Shown one piece after another: positions 58,196-64,000 of a stretch of DNA of 64,000 nucleotides. Every line of letters starts with the position of its first letter. Position 1 is the stretch's first letter. The notes below the pieces were generated by a model, which did no database searches, was not told the origin of the DNA, and saw only the letters and a list, made by a program, of their open reading frames with translations. This DNA is from an uncultured delta proteobacterium (GTDB lineage Bacteria; Desulfobacterota; RBG-13-43-22): NCBI GenBank assembly GCA_963711835.1, contig CAVQFQ010000021.1:192001-256000 (forward strand), given 5' to 3'. A program made the position numbers and the translations under genes.

Positions 58196-58528
58196 ATGAA
58201 GGTGGTGGAAAAGGATAGGTTAGTCGACGGCATGCTTCAGGAAGAACTGAAGCGGTGCCACGATATGGTCTCTTCCCTGGAACAGGAAATCGTCCGCCTG
58301 CCTAAAGGGTCTCTCCACGTTCGGAAAAAACAATATAAAAAAAAGCGATACCGATATTTTTATTTGAAATACCGGGAAGGAGAGAAAAGCGTCAGCCGTC
58401 ATGTTCCTGCGCCTCAACTGGAAGCTTTAAAAAAAGAATTGGACAAACGGAGGGATATCGGAAAGGAAATCAAAGCCTATCAAGACCGGATTAAGTACCT
58501 GGAGAAAGTCCTTGGATTAAAGGCTTAA
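58196..58528 (+). CDS. Small basic coiled-coil protein (DUF6788-like), partner of the nucleotidyltransferase
   Basis: LPKGSL....Y.YLKYREG.K.VS. Confidence 0.65.
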   Translation: MKVVEKDRLVDGMLQEELKRCHDMVSSLEQEIVRLPKGSLHVRKKQYKKKRYRYFYLKYREGEKSVSRHVPAPQLEALKKELDKRRDIGKEIKAYQDRIKYLEKVLGLKA

Positions 58529-58534
58529 GCAATC

Positions 58535-59221
58535 ATGGAAGTAGCCCTTAAAAATAAAACCGTTATTCCTAAAAATGTGGCGGACATTCTTCGCTCCCTC
58601 TCCTTGGCCGATTTCTTTTCTCAGGGGTTGCTGGTCGGGAGCTGGGTGATGCTGCTCTACAAGGAAATTTTCAGGATCCGTTATACACTGAGGACCTTCG
58701 ATATAGATTTTGCCCTGGAAACCATCACTCCGGTATCCGGAAATTTTGTGGATCTCGAAAAGACACTCACCGACCTGGGTTATCTGGTGGTTACCGACTA
58801 CCATACGGGTTTACGGAAGTTCACCAGGGAGGGTTTGGAGGTCGAATTCCTGATTCACCGTAAAGGCGGCCGGGACGTCCCAAAGATAGAAGTTAAGCAC
58901 CTGAACGTCAGCGCCCTTCCGCTCCCGCATGTCGACATCCTGTTCTTATTTCCGATAATCGTTGATTTCGGAGATTATAAAATCCGCATCCCTTCTCCGG
59001 AAGCCCTATTTCTCCACAAATTGATTATTGCCCAGAAAAGAAAAAGTGAGGCCAAGAAAGAAAACGACCTTGCCCAGTGCAAAATTTTATCAGTCGCCCT
59101 TAATTCCGAAAAACTACGACAAATTTTTATAACTTTAAAATTCAGCATGAAGACCCGTGGTTTGATAGCTACCTCCTGTAGGGCCATCAATTTTCCACCA
59201 CATTTTCTTGATTTCAAATAG
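58535..59221 (+). CDS. GSU2403-like nucleotidyltransferase-fold protein (AbiEii-like putative toxin)
   Basis: LVGSW, RTFDIDF, VEFL, PSPEALFLHKLII..R....K..DL.Q. Confidence 0.75.
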   Translation: MEVALKNKTVIPKNVADILRSLSLADFFSQGLLVGSWVMLLYKEIFRIRYTLRTFDIDFALETITPVSGNFVDLEKTLTDLGYLVVTDYHTGLRKFTREGLEVEFLIHRKGGRDVPKIEVKHLNVSALPLPHVDILFLFPIIVDFGDYKIRIPSPEALFLHKLIIAQKRKSEAKKENDLAQCKILSVALNSEKLRQIFITLKFSMKTRGLIATSCRAINFPPHFLDFK

Positions 59222-59319
59222 TATGTGGTGGAAAAAAACCTTCTGAACTTGGGCTTCACCCCCCTTCGAACTTTTCACCTTTTAGGACTTACCTTTGAGG
59301 GTCCGACCTCAAATCACAA

Positions 59320-59481
59320 CGTTGGTTCATACCAACCGATAAAATCCGAGTCCGGCCGGGCCGCTTCCCGGAGGAAACGAAAGACCTTCCGTTCGCCCTC
59401 GGTGGGGCTTTCCAGGCCTTCGATATCCTCGGGGTGCATGCGGGCCATGTCAATTTAATTCCACGAATTCAAGAACGTCCC
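59320..59481 (-). repeat. NERD gene 5' stub C
   Basis: MARMHPEDIEGLESPTEGERKVFRFLREAARPDSDFIGWYEPT overlaps both stub A and stub B in sequence. Confidence 0.85.
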
Positions 59482-59549
59482 AGTCTCCATGCTAATTTTT
59501 TCTGCACTCTCGGAACGAACGTCCCCTATTCCAGGGAAGGGCTAAGGGA

Positions 59550-59873
59550 TCAGGAAAAGATTTTTCTCGGGAGAGTTTTTATCTCCAATATTTCTGTTGT
59601 TTTCAATTTCCCCAACTTTCTCAATATAAACCGTTTTTCTATGGTGGCTTGTTTGCTCAACCTTATAGTCGAGGCAGCAAGTAATCCACCTTTTTCCCAA
59701 TTAGATATTTTATAATCCGTTTCGGAGCTATAGTCCTGAGTCGTTACCCTGGCAACAAGAACGTCCTGATCCCCTGAATCATATAAAACGAACGCCGGTC
59801 TTCTGGTTATTCCTTCCAAATCCGAATGAGGGAATCCGATAAAAACGATATCTCCAAAATCATAGGTCATCAT
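59550..59873 (-). CDS. PemK/MazF family toxin
   Basis: GDIVFIGFPHSD...RRPAFVL...ARVTT. Confidence 0.88.
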   Translation of the reverse strand: MMTYDFGDIVFIGFPHSDLEGITRRPAFVLYDSGDQDVLVARVTTQDYSSETDYKISNWEKGGLLAASTIRLSKQATIEKRFILRKLGKLKTTEILEIKTLPRKIFS

Positions 59874-60090
59874 AGATGGCGTCCTTTTCGGTATACCCCC
59901 TTAAAAACTCGGACATCACAAAATTATTCCAATCTGATTCTTCATCTCCGATTAAAAGCGTTACTTTCACTTTGGTCTTTTGACGTAATTTTTCTTTTAG
60001 CTTTTCCGGGACAGAAAGATGCCCATCGGCTAAAACTTCGGCCACATATTCATAAGTTTCCATTTTAACCTCCATTCTCGCCATTGGCAT
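59860..60090 (-). CDS. Putative antitoxin of the PemK toxin
   Basis: DGHLSVPE..., acidic tail GYTEKDAIYDDL overlapping the toxin start. Confidence 0.75.
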   Translation of the reverse strand: MPMARMEVKMETYEYVAEVLADGHLSVPEKLKEKLRQKTKVKVTLLIGDEESDWNNFVMSEFLRGYTEKDAIYDDL

Positions 60091-60240
60091 GTCGAGATGG
60101 CAAATTGATCGGGACGTTTTTTTATTTTATTCCTGTCATTCACTCCTGTCAACCCGCGGTTCCCGACTATCCGGCCGGTGGCAGGATCGGCGTCCCTGTC
60201 TGGCCTCGATCCCGATTTAGATATAGCTACCTCCCCAGTT

Positions 60241-60562
60241 AAATGACCCCCGGCAAAGCCGGGGGCTTATCTTTGTTAGCCCCCCAAGGGGGCCGTTTCA
60301 TGAGTCCCATGAAGGGGACATACTTCATATTCAGACTTGGGAAGGTGGAGACGCCCATCTTTCTTTGTTTGTTCAGGAGTATATTTCTTAACGATTTTTA
60401 TTCCTGACCAATGGGCATTTCCAGAATATTTAAACTCTTAAAAGATTTTTGGTTTAATCTCCGAGTGCAAAATTCAGCGATTTATATTGGTGGTTTTTAC
60501 TATTCTATTGCCTCACACGGTCAAACCTTTCGGAGTCCCCCGGCAAAGCCGGGGGTTTACCT
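60241..60562 (-). mobile_element. Internally deleted IS200/IS605-family element
   Basis: Same subterminal hairpin CCCCCGGCAAAGCCGGGGG at both ends; only degraded tnpA-like sequence between. Confidence 0.75.
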
Positions 60563-60570
60563 GTTAGAAA

Positions 60571-60705
60571 TTATGGAAGTCGTTGGCAAAGGCGCATAGG
60601 GATGATCCGCTGCGTAGGCTGTCCGCTGGCATCAAGCTCCCAGTGACGTGCTGGGTATTCGTAGGGGGAGTTTAGGATCGGCTTTTCGAAGACACGGTTT
60701 TCCAT
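60571..60705 (-). pseudogene. N-terminal stub of a type III restriction (Res, BPTD_3080-like) gene
   Basis: MENRVFEKPILNSPYEYPARHWELDASGQPTQRII; truncated next to the IS end. Confidence 0.75.
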
Positions 60706-60761
60706 TTTTATGTTCTCACCGATAGTCTATTTTATTAATTGCCTTGGCAAAAACCTATAAT

Positions 60762-60940
60762 GGGACCCGTTGGTGCAGGAGTTGCTTCTTTCAGCTACCA
60801 TTTCCGGCCTCAACAAAAACTCCAGGTCCCTGAATCATTTCCTGCCATATTTAGCCCGGGGCTCCCTGGCCAGAAAGCCGATTTTCTTTCTGGGCTGCTC
60901 CGGCGGCGTCATAAGCTGCCGGATGGCCTCAAAGACCACC
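60762..60940 (-). repeat. ORF6N-domain gene 3' stub plus trailer, copy 1
   Basis: VVFEAIRQLM.PP...RKKIGF; homologous to 61714-61891. Confidence 0.8.
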
Positions 60941-61043
60941 CTCAAAACAGTATTCAGGAGTCAGGAGCCAGAAGAGGATTGAAACTCCTTTTTTACTTCC
61001 CCTTCACAATTGCAATATCAAATCCGCCGGGCAAACCGGAACG

Positions 61044-61400
61044 CTATGCATTTTCGGACCGCAATCGCGCCCTGATCTCTGAGAGCTTCTGTTTAAAGGC
61101 CGGTATATCCCTAATGAGTATTTCCCAGATCATTTCGACATCAATATCAAAGTAATCATGGACAATCCGGTGTCTCAAACCGATGATTTTGTGCCACTGA
61201 ATTGCAATATGATGATCTCGAAATTCTTTCGGCAATTGATTGGCTGCTTCCCCCAGGATCTCAAAATTTCGCACCACCGAATCAATCGTTTTCTCGTCCT
61301 GAATAAACCTCTCCCGATCAAAACCGGCAGTATAACGTTCAACTTTTTCGACCGCCTCCCAAAGGTCTTCGATTAACAGATCAACCGATCTATGTGACAT
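61044..61400 (-). CDS. HEPN (DUF86) RNase toxin
   Basis: RNFEILGEAA, IQW..I.GLRHRIVHDYF (R-x4-H). Confidence 0.9.
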   Translation of the reverse strand: MSHRSVDLLIEDLWEAVEKVERYTAGFDRERFIQDEKTIDSVVRNFEILGEAANQLPKEFRDHHIAIQWHKIIGLRHRIVHDYFDIDVEMIWEILIRDIPAFKQKLSEIRARLRSENA

Positions 61401-61683
61401 CGATCAAATCCTCCTGGATAATGGTCCAATACCTTGCCTTGATAGCGCGACTGGAAACGACATCCGTCGGTACTCCCAGGGCAGTCTCAATTTCTTCGGC
61501 CAAGTCCACAAATCGGAGTCCAATGGCCGGATCCACCTCCACAAGAATATCCACATCGCTGTCTTTCGCATAATCCCCCCGGGCATATGAGCCAAAGAGC
61601 GCCAGCCGGGAAATGCCAAAACGGTTGGTCAAGTCAGGTTTATGCTCCTGTAGAATTTTTAGAATTTCTTCCCTGGTTTTCAT
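61390..61683 (-). CDS. MNT nucleotidyltransferase antitoxin
   Basis: LFGSYARG....SDVDILV. Confidence 0.92.
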   Translation of the reverse strand: MKTREEILKILQEHKPDLTNRFGISRLALFGSYARGDYAKDSDVDILVEVDPAIGLRFVDLAEEIETALGVPTDVVSSRAIKARYWTIIQEDLIDVT

Positions 61684-61713
61684 AAATAGATCTCCTCATT
61701 AAAGGATTTAGTG

Positions 61714-62120
61714 GGGACCCGTTGGTGCAGAGATTGCTCCTTTTAGCTAACATTACCGACACCAAAAAAAACTCCAGGTCCTTGAATCATTTCCTGCCGT
61801 ATCTGGCCCTGGGCTCTCCGGCCAGAAAGCCTATTTTCTTTCTAGGCCTTTCCAGGGGCTTCATGAGCTGCCGGATGGCCTCAAAGACCACCCGGAACTG
61901 CTCATCATATTTCTCTTCAAGGGCGGCCAGCTTACGGGCCAGATCCTTGTGGGCAGGCAACCGTTGCCCTTAATCTAACAAAAACCCGCATGATCTGGAT
62001 ATTTACCTCAATCGCCCGGTCGCTATTCAGAATCCCGGAAAGCATGGCAACCCCCTGCTCGGTGAAGGCAAGAACATTTGGAGCATGCTTTATTTTTGAA
62101 CATATCACAATTTGTGATAT
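61714..62120 (-). pseudogene. ORF6N-domain gene fragment plus trailer, copy 2
   Basis: [34 protein letters not shown](fs)...YDEQFRVVFEAIRQLM. Confidence 0.82.
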
Positions 62121-62392
62121 GTTCCGGAATCTCTTCCCAGGGGCGTGGTCCCGGTTGGCCTGGTAGTAAAGGACAAGGCCGGACGCCTGGAGTATAAGCT
62201 TCAGGATGCCGAAAATAAAAAGACCCTGCTCTTCAAGTAGAAGGCAGGGTCTATAAGTTTCATTCATCCTCCGGGTTTAAGGTTAGATGATAAAAGAAAG
62301 GTAAATTTAATAGGATAGGCTTCAAATAGCATGTATTAAGAACGTTGTCAATTTATGGAAACAGGACCTTATTCTGCCCCGGTTAAATGAAT

Positions 62393-62581
62393 TTAACATT
62401 GAGGACGGCCCTCTCCTCTGACCTCGGTGATTTCCACCAGGGCCTGGTTAAGGGCTTCCTCCAGGGTAAGGAAGTCCGGCTCCCCGGTTTCAGGGGCAAG
62501 AAGCGGGAAGAGGGTCAGGTTTTTATGGGACTGGGGGTGGGCGACCTTGACCAGGTCGAGAAAGGTTTTGATGGTTTCCAT
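62393..62581 (-). pseudogene. N-terminal stub of an ARPP-1/DUF6569-like gene
   Basis: QSHKNLTLFPLL....DFLTLEEAL....VEITEV; truncated. Confidence 0.6.
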
Positions 62582-62898
62582 GGGTTATTCCTCCTCATTT
62601 TTCGATTTTAAGGAGGAGCCTAACACCCGGCATTGTCAGATCAGGACAAATGGAGGATTATTTTTTTTGCGTGTAATACCAGTTCGGATCCAGGTACCTT
62701 CCCAGCTTCTCCTTGAGTTCTGAGGGAAACTCTTCAACCTTCTCAGTCAATAAGGTGTTCGTTTCCTCGTCTGTCAAGGGGACCTTGTCGAGAAACTTGG
62801 GCTTGACTATAGAATTTAAAGTGGTTAGATTATTACTTAAAAATCCCCCCATCTCAGTGAGAAATAGAGATGCTGGGGGTTTTCCGTTGGAGGGAAAG

Positions 62899-63108
62899 AT
62901 GCCAATATATGAATATCGCTGTCAGGACTGTGACCAGATCTTCGAAAAGATTATCTGGAATACCGATAAGGAGACTGTTTGTTGTCCAAGTTGTAAAGGA
63001 GATAAGGTCCTGCGGCTTCTCTCGGCTTTTTCTTCGGGCAGTCCTCGGGGAGGCCAGGGAGTTTCCCTTCCTTCTACCTGCGGACCTTCGTCGTCAGGAT
63101 TTTCGTGA
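62899..63108 (+). CDS. FmdB-family zinc-ribbon protein (possible C-terminal Sec, read-through to 63117)
   Basis: MPIYEYRCQDC...CPSC...LLSAF...CGPSSSGFS-TGA. Confidence 0.88.
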   Translation: MPIYEYRCQDCDQIFEKIIWNTDKETVCCPSCKGDKVLRLLSAFSSGSPRGGQGVSLPSTCGPSSSGFS

Positions 63109-63154
63109 GCCTCTTAATTGGAAATGAGAACCGTGGGTTCTTAAGGAAGGAATA

Positions 63155-63304
63155 ATGAAAACCATTTTCTGGCTGTTCATCATCGTAGCGGTCTGGTTTG
63201 CTTTGAATCGCTGGGTCTTTCCGAAATTCGGAATTCAGAGCTGACTCTCCCCCACCTCCTGCCAGGTTCCCGGGCAGGAAAAAGACAAGGGCAAGAAACT
63301 ATAA
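63155..63304 (+). CDS. Small membrane protein, candidate selenoprotein (in-frame TGA at 63242)
   Basis: RBS AAGGAAGG; MKTIFWLFIIVAVWFALNRWVFPKFGIQS-U-LSPTSCQVPGQEKDKGKKL; hairpin 63257-63279. Confidence 0.6.
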
Positions 63305-63901
63305 CTCCTCGGAACTTGTTCGAAACCCGTTCGGTTCAGAGCGAACATTATAGCGGTTCATGGCGGCCGAGAGCCCTTCTTCAATAATCGCTTCTATGGC
63401 TTGGGAAGCTTTTTCGGTTATCCGGGGAAGTTCTTTTTTTTCAGTTTCGGAAAAAGGTTCTAAGACATAGCCTTCGGAAGACAGGCCCTGAGGCGGCCGG
63501 CCGATTCCCAAGCGGACTCGGATAAAGGCTTCCTCCTGGAGGTGTTCCATGATGGAGAGGATACCCTTGTGGCCGGCAGCGCCTCCTTTGGAGACAATAC
63601 GCAGACGAGCCCAGGGTAGATCCAGATCATCCTGAACGACAATCAACCGGTCCGGCAGCAGTTTATAAAATTGGAGCCATTGTTTTAGGGCCAGACCGCT
63701 CCGGTTCATATAAGTACGGGGTTTTACGAGAAGGACCTTTTCCCGGCCTATTTGCCCCGTTCCAGACCGGCTTTCGAATTTCTTCTTTTCAAGGGAAATA
63801 CGATGGCGTTGGGCCAGGGTTTTCAGCGTCTGGAAGCCCAGGTTGTGGCGGGTAAACTGGTATTCTGGTCCGGGGTTTCCTAAACCGGCGATCACATACA
63901 A
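63299..63901 (-). CDS. pth: Peptidyl-tRNA hydrolase
   Basis: GLGNPG..Y..TRHNLG, KPRTYMNRSG, DDLDL, GHKG, RLGIGRP. Confidence 0.96.
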   Translation of the reverse strand: MYVIAGLGNPGPEYQFTRHNLGFQTLKTLAQRHRISLEKKKFESRSGTGQIGREKVLLVKPRTYMNRSGLALKQWLQFYKLLPDRLIVVQDDLDLPWARLRIVSKGGAAGHKGILSIMEHLQEEAFIRVRLGIGRPPQGLSSEGYVLEPFSETEKKELPRITEKASQAIEAIIEEGLSAAMNRYNVRSEPNGFRTSSEEL

Positions 63902-63907
63902 GAAGGG

Positions 63908-64000
63908 TTAGCCTTCCTCTTCCGTCTTGGGCTTGCCCTTTTTCGCGACGACCTCCACTTCCCCTTCGGCAGGGGCTTCTGCGACCTCGGGCTTTTCCTC
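63908..64000 (-). CDS. rplY: 3' end of ribosomal protein bL25/Ctc (partial)
   Basis: Acidic tail EAPAEGEVEVVAKKGK..EEEG immediately upstream of pth (conserved order). Confidence 0.7.
   Translation of the reverse strand, partial: EEKPEVAEAPAEGEVEVVAKKGKPKTEEEG

Noticed and set aside
56032-62600. Classical integron/CALIN
   Set aside because: No intI, no convincing attC (RYYYAAC...GTTRRRY) series, and the modules lie in mixed orientations.
62658-62852. 64-aa minus-strand ORF
   Set aside because: Probably the 3' remnant of an unknown gene; no family could be assigned.

Overview
Bacterial chromosomal window, most likely an anaerobic Desulfobacterota/deltaproteobacterial genome (tetraheme cytochrome c3, phoH-HD phosphodiesterase-ybeY-pdxJ, cvpA-mazG, TRAP-rich catabolism). 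Frequent single-base frameshifts in the first 9 kb suggest long-read consensus errors. Main content: (1) 1-14.5 kb: hydantoinase A/B, aryl-CoA ligase, TRAP transporter, xanthine-dehydrogenase-family Mo enzyme, ACP/acyl ligase/PPTase; (2) 14.6-39 kb: housekeeping and accessory genes, including bioB with a BirA box, an in-frame ybeY-pdxJ fusion, tatA, cytochrome c3, ferredoxin and pxpA; (3) 39.4-52.2 kb: a minus-strand anaerobic nicotinate-type catabolic operon; (4) 56-62.9 kb: a dense toxin-antitoxin array separated by repeated stubs of large defence genes; (5) pth and the end of rplY. Most notable signals not explained by annotation: a ~215-nt structured non-coding core in three copies with compensatory base changes, carried inside two different inverted-repeat shells; two tandem tiny genes with in-frame UGA plus SECIS-like hairpins (candidate selenoproteins); and GGGAC/GTCCC-bounded and palindrome-bounded TA cassettes. 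All calls were made by eye; no database searches were run.
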